Notes under the pieces: generated by a model
Seen by the model: the letters and a program-made list of their open reading frames with translations, nothing else
Told to the model about the DNA's origin: nothing
Database searches by the model: none
Program-made: the position numbers and the translations under genes
DNA from: a virus
Taxonomy: Duplodnaviria > Caudoviricetes
Virus record (IMG/VR): IMGVR_UViG_3300025840_004398
Length of the DNA stretch: 64,000 nucleotides
Reading direction: 5' to 3' (one strand)
Part shown: in pieces, positions 26,815 through 38,700 of the stretch
How positions within the stretch are numbered: position 1 is the stretch's first letter
Layout of the letters: every line of letters begins with the position of its first letter

Positions 26815-27176
26815 CAAAAGTTAAACCAAATATTGTAACTCCTTTTGATGATAAACAAAGATTTAAGAATTTGGTTCTTGAAGTAATAAGTGATACATCT
26901 ATTTTTACTCATATACCAGATTCAATTAGTTTGAGTGGTACTTTGTTTAGTTTAACTCTTTCTAATAAAAAGTTTGTGTATGAAGATATAAAAGTCGATA
27001 TTAATTCGGATTATGTAGATGTTTATTTACAAGGTATAAAAAAACCATCAGATACATACTCGGTTACGGATAATGGAACAGATATAATAATTAATTTTAC
27101 TGAAAATATCACATTAAGACCACAAGATATTGTGGTTACTGATTTTTCGGTTAAAGGTAAAATAGTGAGTAGATAA
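26811..27176 (+). CDS. Hypothetical virion protein
   Basis: Coupled 121-aa ORF; VDVYLQG beta-rich motif. Confidence 0.65.
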   Translation: MTKVKPNIVTPFDDKQRFKNLVLEVISDTSIFTHIPDSISLSGTLFSLTLSNKKFVYEDIKVDINSDYVDVYLQGIKKPSDTYSVTDNGTDIIINFTENITLRPQDIVVTDFSVKGKIVSR

Positions 27177-27178
27177 GA

Positions 27179-30100
27179 ATGGCAACATTAATTCAAAGTA
27201 AACAGATAGAGGGTATTGTAACCGCCTCGGTAATCGAAGGACAACTTTCGGTTTCTGGTTCCATTATTGCAACAGGTTCACAATCCGTATTTTCACAAAT
27301 AACAGCATCTGCTATCTCATCATCGGGTCCTATTTATGGAGTTCGTTATGATGATATAGATGGTACTCCCAACTTCATAGCAGGTACTGGTATTGTTATT
27401 ACCCAAGTTGGTGATAATATTACAATTACAAATACTGGTGGTGGAGGTGGTGGTGTATCCGGTTCCGCAGAATTAATATCTTCAGTTGCTCAACTAAACG
27501 CTTATACTGGTTCTAATGATATCATTATCTTAGGATTAAATCAATTTACTGCATCAATACAATCACAAGTTGATTCTTTAATCGCATCAACATCTTCATA
27601 CGAAACAACTGGTAGGGGAATCATATCAGGCTCATCACAATTAACATCATCTTTAGATTCAAGATATGCATTAAGTGGTAGTATTGGTGGTGGTTCTACT
27701 GATATTTCTTCCTTAAATACATTTACGAGTTCAATACAAACTCAAGTAGATGGATTATCGGCAGCAACTTCATCTTATATTACTGAAATACCACAAGGAA
27801 CAATTAGTGGTTCACAACAAATTTCTGATTTAGGATTTGTAACAAGTTCATCAACTTCTGTACCAGCAGGAACAATTAGTGGTTCTGCTCAAATTACTGC
27901 ATTAGGATTTACATCAGGTTCTCATACTGATATTCCAAGTGGAGTAATTAGTGGTTCAACGTTTACTGATTTTAGTTCTTCAGTTGCAACTGATATTTCT
28001 AATTTAGAATCTACTTTAACTACGAGAGTTGATGGAGTTGAACAGGTTGTTGTAAGTAGATTAGATAATATTGAAACGTTTACATCTTCTATTGATACAA
28101 GAGTAACTGCATTAGAAGGAGCAACTGATTTAACAGGTTCAGATACTCAAACACTTTCGATTAGCGGTGACCAACTTACAATATCAAGTGGAAATACTAT
28201 AACCATACCAACGGGTAGTAGTTCATCTATACCAGCAGGAACAATTAGTGGTTCTACTCAAATTACTAATATAATCACAGATTCTTATATTTCTGAATCA
28301 GCAGCTAGAAGTGGTTTCGGTTCAGGTGGTGGGGGTTCTACTGATATTACATTATTAAACTCATTTACTTCCTCTTATTATATAGATTCTGCTTCGTTTG
28401 ATTCAAGAATTGGTGATATTATAGAAACCGGTTCTGTTATTGCTCCTTTTGCATTTGCTAGAGTAGCTACAACTTCTAATGGTTCAGGTACAGATATTAG
28501 TTGGGCAAATTGGAACTTCTTAAATGGAACACTTGATTTTACATTTTCAACCCCTCAACCTGATACTAACTATATTGTTGTAACTGATGCTGAACTTAAT
28601 GATGATGGTCGTTTAGTTTCAATTCAAAATAAAACAGTTAATGGATTTGAGGCTTCATTCTACACCACTTCTGGAGTAACAACCCCATCGGGTGTAAATC
28701 CATTCACTATTATGGTTTATGGGTCAAACCCAACCCAAACAGTAAGAGTTAATGTAACTGGTGCACCTGCAGGAACAATTAGTGGTTCATCTCAAGTTGA
28801 TATTACACAAACAGATGGATATACTACTTTTAGTTCATCAATTCAATCAACTATTGATGCAATTCAACATACTCAAATTCCAAGTGGTACTGTTAGTGGT
28901 TCTACTCAAATTACTAATATAATTACAGATGAATATATTTCATCATCAGCAGCAGCAAGTGGATTTGGTAGTGGTGGTTCTACTGATATTTCTGCTCTTA
29001 ACTCATTCACAAGTTCTGCAGATACAAGAATTACTAATTTAGAAAACTTTAGTTCTTCATTAGATTCTACTTTCGCAACTGATAGTGAATTATCATCACT
29101 TTCATCTTCTATTGCAACAACAATAGATAATATTCAACATACTGATGTAACTAAATTAAATGAGTTTACTTCATCAATCCAATCTGAAGTTGATTCATTA
29201 ACTTCGGCTACTTCATCTTACTTAACTTCACTTCCAAGTGGATTAGTTAGTGGTTCAACCCAAATTACTGATGGTAGTAATATTGTTAGTGGTTCAGTAT
29301 TAAGAACTTTAGATGGAACTGGTGTAGTTAGTGGAAGTGTACTTAGAACTTTAGATGGAACAGGAGTAGTAAGTGGTTCTGTTTTAAGAACACTTGATGG
29401 TACTGGTGTAGTTAGTGGTTCGGTACTTAGAACTTTAGATGGTACAAATGTATTTAGTGGTTCAATTTTACCTGGAACAAACATTACAATAGATTCATCA
29501 AGTGGTGATTATGTAATCTCATCTACCGCAAGTGGTAGTGGTAGTGGTGATGTTTCCTTTGATGGAAATAGAGTAATATCAAATACTTTATTAGGAGATT
29601 TATATACAGATGGATTTAATGCCGGCACAAGTGGAAGTATTCAAGATTTCTTATCAGCTGTATTCTTCCCATCTTATGCACCAGTAGCTACATTTAGTAC
29701 TCAGACATCAAATTTGAATACAAACCTTGGTACTGAAAATGGAGTAATAGAAACGTTCACTTTAACTGATGAAGATAGTAATACACCATATTCAGCAACT
29801 ATAAGTGGTACAAATGCAAGTTCATTTAAGTTAGTACCACAAAATTCAAACTCATCATCGTGGGAAATACAATCAGCAACTGATTTATCTGCTGGCTCAT
29901 ACACCTACGATATAACTGTAACTGATTCTAATAATGATACAAGAACTTATAGTGGAAGAAGTGTAACAATTGCACAAGCAGAAACAGGTTCTCTTTCTAC
30001 AACAGGTACACTATACATTATAGAATCTGCAACTACTGGTCCAATTTATCTTGGAACAAATGGTAGAAGTGGAACTCAAGGTGGGGTAAGTGTTTCTTAC

Positions 30101-31846
30101 TCACCAAACTATGGTTCACAAGTTGCAACTAACTTCCAATCATCTAACCCTTTAATTTCAGTTAACTCATCAACTGGTGTATTATCAGTTGGTACTGCAA
30201 TTAGTGGTAGTGGTAATGTTAGTGGTGATTTAATAACAACTACTATTACTTATAATGACCAATATGGAAATAGTGGTTCTAAAGATATCAACATAAACGT
30301 AACTCAAAATAACGCACCTGATATCACATTTACAAATTCAAGTAGATTGAATACCAACCAAGCGGTAAGTGGTGGGGGAACATTGGTAACAATTTCTTTC
30401 AACGATACTGAAAGTGATTCAATCAACTACGATTCATTTGTATTCACAGATACAAGTGGACAATTAACTACAACTAAAAGTGGTGGTAATTATTTAGTAA
30501 CTGCAAACTCTGATTTGAGTGGTTCTACATCTTATTCAATATCAGCAACGATTGAAGATGTACATGGATTCCGTTCAAATACAGAATCACATTCATTTAC
30601 AATTACACAAGCAAGTAATGGTACTCTGACTGGTGATACTACAATGTATATTATAGAATCTGCATTAACGGGTGATTCATTCAGAGATGCAACCGGATTT
30701 GGTAATGGAAATGTAGCAGATGTAAATGTTACTTATTCACCATCAGCAGGTTCTCAAGTAGTACAATCATTCAACTCTACAAACCCTGCAATCTTAATCA
30801 ACTCAAGTGGTAATATGTCTCTTGGTGTAAATTTAAGTGGTTCATTAACTCAAAGTGGAGATACTATTTCAACTACTATTACATTCCAAGACCAATATGG
30901 AAACATTGGTAGTGGTTTAGTAACCGCAAACATCTTTGGTAATAATGCACCATCTGTATCATTCGTATCAGCATCAAGTTACGATACTGATACTGCAATA
31001 AATGGTTCAACCGCAGGTACAATTACAATTTCAGATACAGAATCAAACTCACCATATATCGTAACACTTGGTGGTACTGATGGAACTAAGTTTAACGCGG
31101 TTCCACAAAACGCAGCATCTTCATCTTGGTTAGTACAACCAACTGCAAGTATCTCAATTGCTAATACATTCTCAATTGATATAAGTGTAACAGATAATTA
31201 TGGTGAATCAACCTCACTAACCAATAAATCAATTATAGTAGATGAAGTTTCTTCTGGTGGTACAATTTATGTTTATACTTTACCAATTGATGGTTCATAC
31301 ACCAACGTAACTGGTATAACTGCAGCTGGTAGTGGAACACCCCCAACACCAAGTATCTCAAATGCTTATGGATTCTTTACTTCATTTGTAGATAACGATA
31401 CGTTAGGTGATTCAACAATTACAGTTGCTTATGGTTCTAACTTTACTGCAACTTTAAGAGGAAGTGCAAGTGGTAACAATGTAGATACTGTACTTAATGA
31501 TTTAGGAGCATTAACAATCGGTGGTTCTCCTGCATCTGAAAGAATATTTGTATTCATACCATTTGGTTCACCTATGAATGGAGTACCAACATCGTTAACA
31601 ATTTCAGACCCAGGTGGAAGTTCAACAAGTGGTGAATATGTAGTATTCGTATCACCTGATGGTACATACCAAGATTCAAGTGGTGGAGTGAGTAATGATA
31701 TTAAATCATCAAACATCCACAAATTAACTTTGGATACTGCAGTTGATGGATATACTGATTGGATAGTAATTGGTACAGAAGATAAATTTAATAATGCAAA
31801 TGCTTATGTAAGAATTGTTCCAAGTAGTGGTTCAGTTCCATCATAA
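27179..31846 (+). CDS. Large Ser/Gly/Thr-rich fibre or surface protein with an internal beta-sandwich and three cadherin/Ig-like repeats
   Basis: 1555 aa; ISGS repeats, short coiled coils, FSTPQPDTNY...NKT.NGF domain, repeated (T/S)DTE..S.Y....GT...F..VPQN units. Confidence 0.75.
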   Translation: MATLIQSKQIEGIVTASVIEGQLSVSGSIIATGSQSVFSQITASAISSSGPIYGVRYDDIDGTPNFIAGTGIVITQVGDNITITNTGGGGGGVSGSAELISSVAQLNAYTGSNDIIILGLNQFTASIQSQVDSLIASTSSYETTGRGIISGSSQLTSSLDSRYALSGSIGGGSTDISSLNTFTSSIQTQVDGLSAATSSYITEIPQGTISGSQQISDLGFVTSSSTSVPAGTISGSAQITALGFTSGSHTDIPSGVISGSTFTDFSSSVATDISNLESTLTTRVDGVEQVVVSRLDNIETFTSSIDTRVTALEGATDLTGSDTQTLSISGDQLTISSGNTITIPTGSSSSIPAGTISGSTQITNIITDSYISESAARSGFGSGGGGSTDITLLNSFTSSYYIDSASFDSRIGDIIETGSVIAPFAFARVATTSNGSGTDISWANWNFLNGTLDFTFSTPQPDTNYIVVTDAELNDDGRLVSIQNKTVNGFEASFYTTSGVTTPSGVNPFTIMVYGSNPTQTVRVNVTGAPAGTISGSSQVDITQTDGYTTFSSSIQSTIDAIQHTQIPSGTVSGSTQITNIITDEYISSSAAASGFGSGGSTDISALNSFTSSADTRITNLENFSSSLDSTFATDSELSSLSSSIATTIDNIQHTDVTKLNEFTSSIQSEVDSLTSATSSYLTSLPSGLVSGSTQITDGSNIVSGSVLRTLDGTGVVSGSVLRTLDGTGVVSGSVLRTLDGTGVVSGSVLRTLDGTNVFSGSILPGTNITIDSSSGDYVISSTASGSGSGDVSFDGNRVISNTLLGDLYTDGFNAGTSGSIQDFLSAVFFPSYAPVATFSTQTSNLNTNLGTENGVIETFTLTDEDSNTPYSATISGTNASSFKLVPQNSNSSSWEIQSATDLSAGSYTYDITVTDSNNDTRTYSGRSVTIAQAETGSLSTTGTLYIIESATTGPIYLGTNGRSGTQGGVSVSYSPNYGSQVATNFQSSNPLISVNSSTGVLSVGTAISGSGNVSGDLITTTITYNDQYGNSGSKDININVTQNNAPDITFTNSSRLNTNQAVSGGGTLVTISFNDTESDSINYDSFVFTDTSGQLTTTKSGGNYLVTANSDLSGSTSYSISATIEDVHGFRSNTESHSFTITQASNGTLTGDTTMYIIESALTGDSFRDATGFGNGNVADVNVTYSPSAGSQVVQSFNSTNPAILINSSGNMSLGVNLSGSLTQSGDTISTTITFQDQYGNIGSGLVTANIFGNNAPSVSFVSASSYDTDTAINGSTAGTITISDTESNSPYIVTLGGTDGTKFNAVPQNAASSSWLVQPTASISIANTFSIDISVTDNYGESTSLTNKSIIVDEVSSGGTIYVYTLPIDGSYTNVTGITAAGSGTPPTPSISNAYGFFTSFVDNDTLGDSTITVAYGSNFTATLRGSASGNNVDTVLNDLGALTIGGSPASERIFVFIPFGSPMNGVPTSLTISDPGGSSTSGEYVVFVSPDGTYQDSSGGVSNDIKSSNIHKLTLDTAVDGYTDWIVIGTEDKFNNANAYVRIVPSSGSVPS
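29288..29455 (+). repeat. 4 x 42-nt tandem repeat (SGSVLRTLDGTGVV)
   Basis: Read directly; synonymous variation between units. Confidence 0.9.
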
Positions 31847-31849
31847 CAT

Positions 31850-31859
31850 TATATTTATA
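31850..31859 (+). promoter_or_regulatory. Putative late promoter box TATATTTATA, with AGGAG at 31865-31869
   Basis: Recurrent motif. Confidence 0.55.
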
Positions 31860-31877
31860 TAGTAAGGAGAATGTAAA

Positions 31878-32354
31878 ATGGCAATTTCGATTAATGATAA
31901 GTTAGTATTAAATCCGGCATACACTGGCTCGGTAGCCATTATGGACGCTGACCACATTCGTGGTGCTTTTAAAGTATATGATACTTACTCTGATATGACA
32001 TCAGCACCTGTTGCTCATATATCGAATAATCAAATTGTTTGGTGTGAGGAATTGGAAGAGTTATTTCAGGCATCAGTAACTTTAGCAAACCCACCTTTTT
32101 CATTTACAGATTCAGTAACATGGTCATCCTTTACAGGATTTGGAGGTAGTGGTGCCGGTGGATCTGGAGATATTAGTGCAGTATTAGCCGGAAATGGTTT
32201 AACTGGTGGTGGTACAAGTGGTACTGTTCAAGTAAATGTTGGTGCTGGAAATGGTATCACCGTAACTGCTGATGCGGTTTCTCTTAATACAGGTTCTGCT
32301 CATTTTACAGGAGGAGTACAAAAAGTAGAAATTGATGGTGGAAGTATATCATAA
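31878..32354 (+). CDS. Small fibre-associated protein ending in IDGGSIS
   Basis: 158 aa; AGNGLTGGGTSG.V...V..G.GI.V..D.V typical phage fibre repeat. Confidence 0.75.
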   Translation: MAISINDKLVLNPAYTGSVAIMDADHIRGAFKVYDTYSDMTSAPVAHISNNQIVWCEELEELFQASVTLANPPFSFTDSVTWSSFTGFGGSGAGGSGDISAVLAGNGLTGGGTSGTVQVNVGAGNGITVTADAVSLNTGSAHFTGGVQKVEIDGGSIS

Positions 32355-32367
32355 GAAAAAATAAAAT

Positions 32368-32377
32368 TATATTTATA
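32368..32377 (+). promoter_or_regulatory. Putative late promoter box TATATTTATA
   Basis: Recurrent motif. Confidence 0.5.
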
Positions 32378-32484
32378 AAAAGATAAATACTACATAGTAT
32401 TTTAAAATGGGGCAGATGACCCAAAAAAAAAATAAAGGTTATATAGGAATAATAATTAATTAAAAAACAAAGGAAAAAAACAAA

Positions 32485-35400
32485 ATGGCACAAATTATTA
32501 GACATAAAAAAGGTGTCTTGGAAAGTGTTAAAGATGCTACTTTTAAAAGAAAAGCGGAAATCCTTGTATCAACAGGTTCATCTGTAAGTGGACTTGATTC
32601 ATCTGTTGTTTTCATCGGTAGAGATGGTTCTCGTTTAGATGCGGTTGGTAAAATATATACTGGTTCAAGTACACCAGATATAGCCAACAATTCTAGCTTA
32701 GATGACTCTATTGACGGAATTCCATTTTATAATACTACTTCTGAGAAACTTTTTATTCTCAAGAAAAGTGGTAATGTAGAAGTAAAAACAACGGCTAATA
32801 CAAATGGTACAGGAATTATTTCTGGGTCACAACAAATTGCAGCTTTAGGAGCTGGAATTGTTAGTTCATCTGCACAAACCATTACACACTTATTAGGAAC
32901 TAATGTATACTCAAGTTCAGCACAAGTTGCTCAAGACTTGACTACTGATAATAGAAATATTAACTTAGGTAATGGTACATTTACTACTACAAATACAGGT
33001 TCATTTGGACACTTATCTGTAACTGGTAATACTACTATCGATGGTAATCTTACGTTAGGTGGAAATATTACAATTGGAGATGCATCTTCGGATAATATTT
33101 CATTTGGAGGACAAGTTTCTTCAGATATTATACCTGACCCAAGTAACACATATGACTTAGGTTCATCTACAAATAAATTTGCGGAAATTCATGGTACTAC
33201 AATCTATGGTTCAATTTCTGCAACCAATGGTGTAGTTTCTGGTTCAACTCAAACTATTGCACACTTGAACGGAAGTGGAGTAATCTCCGGTTCAGAACAA
33301 TTACTTAACGAAGCAACTGATTTCGGTACTGGTAGAGTAAGTGGTGATAACTTTGGAGATGTTGCTGGAACTTCTACATTTACTGGTTCATTTGTAGGTG
33401 ATGGTAGTGGTTTAACTGGTTTGGCAACAAACTTGATAATTTCATCTTCCGATGATGGTACTAATGATTCATTAGACTTGTTAAGTGATACATTGAATTT
33501 TGCGGGTACATCTAATGAAGTTGATGTAACTGTTGATTCGGCTACTAATACAGTACAAGTTGGATTAGTAACTAACCCAACTATTGGTGGTAACTTAACT
33601 GTTGCTGGTAACTTAGAGATACAAGGAACAACTACAACTGTTGATTCAACTACAATCACTTTAGGAGATAATATTCTTGAATTGAATGGTAGTGGAGTTG
33701 CAAATGGTGGTTTATTAGTAAAAGATGCTACTTCACCAAATACTATAAGTGGTTCTTTACTTTGGGATTCAACAAATGACTATTGGAAAGCTGGTGCACT
33801 TGGTTCTGAAGAAAGAATCTTATTAGCTAATGGTGATGGAATTGTTTCTCAATCTTTACTTAACGATTTAACTGATAGTGAAGTTAATCAATTAAAGAAT
33901 ATTGATACAACTACAATCTCTACAACTCAATGGGGTTATTTAGGTTCATCTGACCAAGGAATTGCAACTACTGATAATGTAACTTTTGCAAACATTAGTG
34001 GTTCTGCTCTTGATTTAACTGGATTATTACATACTGATGGAAATGCAACTATTGGTGGAACTCTTGGAGTAACTGGTCTTTCATCTCTTGGAAACATTAG
34101 TGGTTCAAGTATTGACTTAACTGGTAATGTGGTTGCTGATGGAAATGCAAGTGTTGGTGGAACTTTAACTGTAACTGGTAATACTTCATTGGCAGGAATT
34201 AGTGGTTCTTCACTTGATATTACTGGAAATGCAAAAATTGATGGTAATTTAGTACTTGGAGGAAATATTACAATTGGAGATGCATCTACTGATACAATCG
34301 CATTCGGTGGTGACTTGACAACTGATATTATTCCTGATGTTACTAATACTGTTGATTTAGGTTCTTCTACTAGAGTATTCGCAGAAGCACATGCAACTAA
34401 TTTCTATGGTACAACTAATGGAACTGTAAATGCAACCAATGGTGTAATCTCCGGTTCAGAACAATTACTTAACGAAGCAACTGATTTCGGTACTGGTCGT
34501 GTAAGTGGTGATAACTTCGGTGATGTAGCTGGAACTTCAACTTTCACAGGTTCATTCGTGGGAGATGGTTCAGGAATTACTGGACTTTCAACTACAATTT
34601 CAATAAGTGGTTCAGATGGTTCAAATGACCAAGTATCTTTATTGAACGGAGCAGTCACATTTGATGGTGGAACTGGTGTATCAACAACAGTTGCTTCTGA
34701 TACTGTAACTATCTCTGTACAAGATGCTAGTACATCTGTAAAAGGTATCGCTTCATTCGAAACTGACGATTTCTCAGTAACCGCTGGAGCAGTATCTATC
34801 AAAAATGGTGGAGTAAGAGCAGTAAACTTAAACGCTGATGTTGTTGGTGATGGTCTTGAATTAGATGGTACTAACAATGATATTAACGTTCTTTATGGTT
34901 CAACTGCAAACACTGCTGTTGCAGGTAACACTACAATTACTGTTACTGGTACTACAAACGAAATCGAAATCACTGGAACTTCTGCTCAGACATTAGGTGG
35001 TGGAGCAAGTTATACAATCGGTTTACCAAATGATGTAACTATCGGAAATGACTTGACTGTATCTAATGATTTATCAGTTAGTGGAAACGCAACAATCACA
35101 GGAAACCTTTCAGTTCTTGGTACAACTACAACTATTGATTCAACTACTGTACAACTTGGTGATAATGTATTAGAACTTAATTATGGTGGTGCACAAGATA
35201 CCGCTGGACTTTTAGTTACTGATTCAACCGCACCAAATGTAGTAAGTGGTTCATTGTTATGGGATGGTACTAATGACTACTGGAAAGGTGGAGCATTAGG
35301 TTCTGAAAAAGAACTTGCTAGATTAAATGGTTCGGATAACGATACTAACTTCGTTCAGAAATTAGATGGTAATGGATTGTTAGTAGATTCTGTACTTTCT

Positions 35401-35595
35401 GATGATGGTACTGATGCAACATTTAGTGGTGATTTAACAATCACAGGTCTAAGTGCTGGTGCTAACGGAGCATTTATTTATGTTGATACTAATGATAAAT
35501 TACAATCAGTAAACGCTTCACAAGCGGGTGATGTAATTCAATGGGATGGTTCATCATTCGTTGCTTCTAACGAAATTGATGGTGGTGCTTTCTAA
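32485..35595 (+). CDS. Fibre-like protein (triple-beta/beta-helix repeats) ending in IDGGAF
   Basis: 1036 aa; GNLTLGGNITIGD, TTTVDSTT..LGDN.LELN, internal duplication. Confidence 0.8.
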   Translation: MAQIIRHKKGVLESVKDATFKRKAEILVSTGSSVSGLDSSVVFIGRDGSRLDAVGKIYTGSSTPDIANNSSLDDSIDGIPFYNTTSEKLFILKKSGNVEVKTTANTNGTGIISGSQQIAALGAGIVSSSAQTITHLLGTNVYSSSAQVAQDLTTDNRNINLGNGTFTTTNTGSFGHLSVTGNTTIDGNLTLGGNITIGDASSDNISFGGQVSSDIIPDPSNTYDLGSSTNKFAEIHGTTIYGSISATNGVVSGSTQTIAHLNGSGVISGSEQLLNEATDFGTGRVSGDNFGDVAGTSTFTGSFVGDGSGLTGLATNLIISSSDDGTNDSLDLLSDTLNFAGTSNEVDVTVDSATNTVQVGLVTNPTIGGNLTVAGNLEIQGTTTTVDSTTITLGDNILELNGSGVANGGLLVKDATSPNTISGSLLWDSTNDYWKAGALGSEERILLANGDGIVSQSLLNDLTDSEVNQLKNIDTTTISTTQWGYLGSSDQGIATTDNVTFANISGSALDLTGLLHTDGNATIGGTLGVTGLSSLGNISGSSIDLTGNVVADGNASVGGTLTVTGNTSLAGISGSSLDITGNAKIDGNLVLGGNITIGDASTDTIAFGGDLTTDIIPDVTNTVDLGSSTRVFAEAHATNFYGTTNGTVNATNGVISGSEQLLNEATDFGTGRVSGDNFGDVAGTSTFTGSFVGDGSGITGLSTTISISGSDGSNDQVSLLNGAVTFDGGTGVSTTVASDTVTISVQDASTSVKGIASFETDDFSVTAGAVSIKNGGVRAVNLNADVVGDGLELDGTNNDINVLYGSTANTAVAGNTTITVTGTTNEIEITGTSAQTLGGGASYTIGLPNDVTIGNDLTVSNDLSVSGNATITGNLSVLGTTTTIDSTTVQLGDNVLELNYGGAQDTAGLLVTDSTAPNVVSGSLLWDGTNDYWKGGALGSEKELARLNGSDNDTNFVQKLDGNGLLVDSVLSDDGTDATFSGDLTITGLSAGANGAFIYVDTNDKLQSVNASQAGDVIQWDGSSFVASNEIDGGAF

Positions 35596-35614
35596 GAATT
35601 ACTGATTTTAATAT

Positions 35615-35646
35615 AAAAACCCTCACAGAAATGTGGGGGTTTTTTT
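35615..35646 (+). terminator. Rho-independent terminator
   Basis: ACCCTCACA-GAAA-TGTGGGGGT stem plus T-tract. Confidence 0.9.
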
Positions 35647-35663
35647 ATATCTTTTTATATTCA

Positions 35664-35673
35664 TATACTTATA
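35664..35673 (+). promoter_or_regulatory. Putative late promoter box variant TATACTTATA
   Basis: Variant of the recurrent motif, after a terminator. Confidence 0.5.
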
Positions 35674-35751
35674 TAAGTGGTAGAATGTTTTTCATCCACT
35701 ATAATTTCAATACATTTATATTTATATGTAATAAATTAGGAAGAACTATTA

Positions 35752-38700
35752 ATGGCAGCTATATTAAAATTAAGAAGAGGAACTACTATACCTTCTCTTG
35801 TACAATCTGAACTTTTTTATAATACATCTAATGATATTTTATTGGTTGGAGATGGTTCATCTCAGATATCAATTGTTAAAATAGGTAGTAACACTGGTTC
35901 AATTGAATTTACAGGTGCAGTCACTGCATCTTCAATATCCTCATCTGGTGATGTAATTGCAAATAATATATCCGCTTCTAATTTAGATTTAACTGGTAAT
36001 GCAGTTATAGATGGAAATATCACTTTAGGTGGTAATATCTATTTAGGTGACCAAATAGCTGACAATATTAATGTAACCGCTCAATTTAGTGGTTCTCTTA
36101 TTCCATCTGCATCGAATGAATATGATTTAGGTTCTTCTGTAAAAAAATGGAGAAACCTTTGGGTAGTATCTGCTTCTATTGATGACTTAACAGTTGGTGG
36201 TAGTGGTATTTTATCATCATCAAACGAAAACTTCACAACATTTAGTTCTTCAGTAGACTCTAGACTTGATAACACAGAAACAACAGGTTCAGACCACGAA
36301 AGTAGAATTGATATTTTAGAAACTACTTTTTCAAGTTCAGTTGATACTCGTTTAGATAATGCAGAAACAACAGGTTCAGACCATGAGAGTAGATTAGATA
36401 CAATTGAAACTACGTTTAGTTCTTCGGTAGATTCTCGTTTAGATTTATTAGAAATTACAGGTTCAGACCATGAATCAAGAATAGATGAAATTGAAACTAC
36501 CTTCTCATCATCAGTAGATTCTCGATTAGATACTTTAGAAGGACCATTTAGTACTTCAGTTGATACTCGTTTAGATAATACAGAATCAACAGGCTCAGAC
36601 CATGAAACTCGTATAGATGAAATTGAAACTACATTTAGTTCTTCAGTAGATTTACGTTTAGATACTTTAGAAGGACCATTTAGTACTTCAGTAGATTCTC
36701 GTTTAGATAATGCAGAATTAACAGGTTCAGACCACGAAAGTAGATTAGATACAATTGAAACTACATTTAGTTCTTCAGTAGATTTTCGTTTAGATAACAC
36801 AGAATTAACAGGTTCAGACCACGAAAGTAGAATTGATATTTTAGAAACTACTTTTTCAAGTTCAGTAGATAGTAGGTTAGATACTTTAGAAGGACCATTT
36901 AGTACTTCAGTAGATTCTCGATTAGATGACTTAGAAACTTTTTCTCAATCACTTGATGCAGAATTCTTAAATACAAATGGTGATGGTGTAGTATCAGGTT
37001 CAGACCAAGTAACTCAATCACTTGATTTAAGATATTTAGAAATTAATGGTGATAATGTATTTACACAATCTTCTCAAGTAAATGCAGATGACATTACTAA
37101 CTTTGATAGTAATGTAAAAGATAAAATGAATGCCGATACAGTTGTATCAGGTTCATCACAGATATTGGATGGAAGTGGAATACTTTCATCATCAAACGAA
37201 AACTTTACAACTTTTTCATCTTCAATTGATGGAAGAGTAGATATACTTGAAACTACATTCTCATCATCAGTAGATTCAAGATTAGATGAATTAGAAGGAA
37301 ATTTTTCATCTTCTGTTGATTCTCAATTAAATGGACTATACACTTATACTTCATCTCTAAAAAATTCAATAGAAGTAAGTGGAGCTAATTTGACTGTTTT
37401 AGGAAACTTGACAGTACAAGGAACACAAACATCATTAAACACAAATGATTTAATTGTAGAAGATAAATTAATTGCAATTGCAAGTGGTTCAACTTCTTCC
37501 GCAACATCAGACGGAGCTGGATTATTTATTAGTGGAGCAAATGCATCTATTACATGGAATCATGCAGATAGTGTTTTAGAATTTAATACTAAAGTATCAT
37601 CATCTATTGGATTCAAGGGAGATGGTTCTGAACTTATTGACATTCAACATGGAAATGTTGATTTTGGAGGAAGTGACATTATTTCAGGTTCTTCTCAAGT
37701 AACACAATCATTGGATACACGATACTTGGAAATCAATGGAGATTCTGTTGTTAGTTCTTCACAACAAATTTCAAACTACAATACATTCTTAGAAATCAAT
37801 GGTGATAGTGTAGTATCTTCATCTCAACAAATTTCAAACTACAATGTATTTGCAGAATTAAATGGTGACAACTTGGTTTCATCATCTCAACAAATTTCAG
37901 ATTATAATACTTTCTTAGAAATTAATAGTGATAGTGTAGTATCTTCCTCACAACAAATTTCTAACTATGGAATATTTGCAGAATTAAATGGTGACAACTT
38001 AGTTTCATCATCTCAACAAATTTCTAACTATGGAATATTTGCAGAATTAAATGGTGACAACTTAGTTTCATCATCTCAACAAGTTATAGGACACTTACCA
38101 ACTGGAATTATAAGTGGTTCTACATATACTAATTTTAGTTCATCAGTAGATTCAAGATTAGATACTTTAGAAGGTTCATTCTCAACTTCAGTTGATTTGA
38201 GATTAGATAATGCAGAATCAACAGGCTCAGACCATGAAAGTAGATTAGATACACTCGAAACTACATTCTCATCATCAGTAGATTCAAGATTAGATACTTT
38301 AGAAGGTTCATTCTCAACTTCAGTAGATTTTCGTTTAGATAATACAGAATCAACAGGCTCAGACCATGAAAGTAGATTAGATACACTCGAAACTACATTT
38401 AGTTCTTCAGTAGATAGTAGATTAGATTATGTTGAAACTACATTTAGTTCTTCAGTAGATGGTAGATTAGACTTATTAGAAAACTTTAGTTCATCCGAAT
38501 ATATTACAGACTCATCTTCTTTTGATGGTAGATTGGATAATATAGAAACATTCACATCATCGATAGATAGTAGAGTTTCAGCAGTTGAGGGTACATCCCA
38601 TACTCACAGTAACAAAGCTAATTTAGATGCAATTAATCAAAATCTTTCAACCACATCAAATGTAACTTTTGATAAAATAAACATTTCATCTGTATCACTT

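Noticed and set aside
32405-32435. Small GC hairpin TGGGGCAGATGACCCA next to an A-tract
   Set aside because: Weak stem with a mismatch and no + strand T-tract; at most a weak reverse-strand terminator, with no recognisable riboswitch
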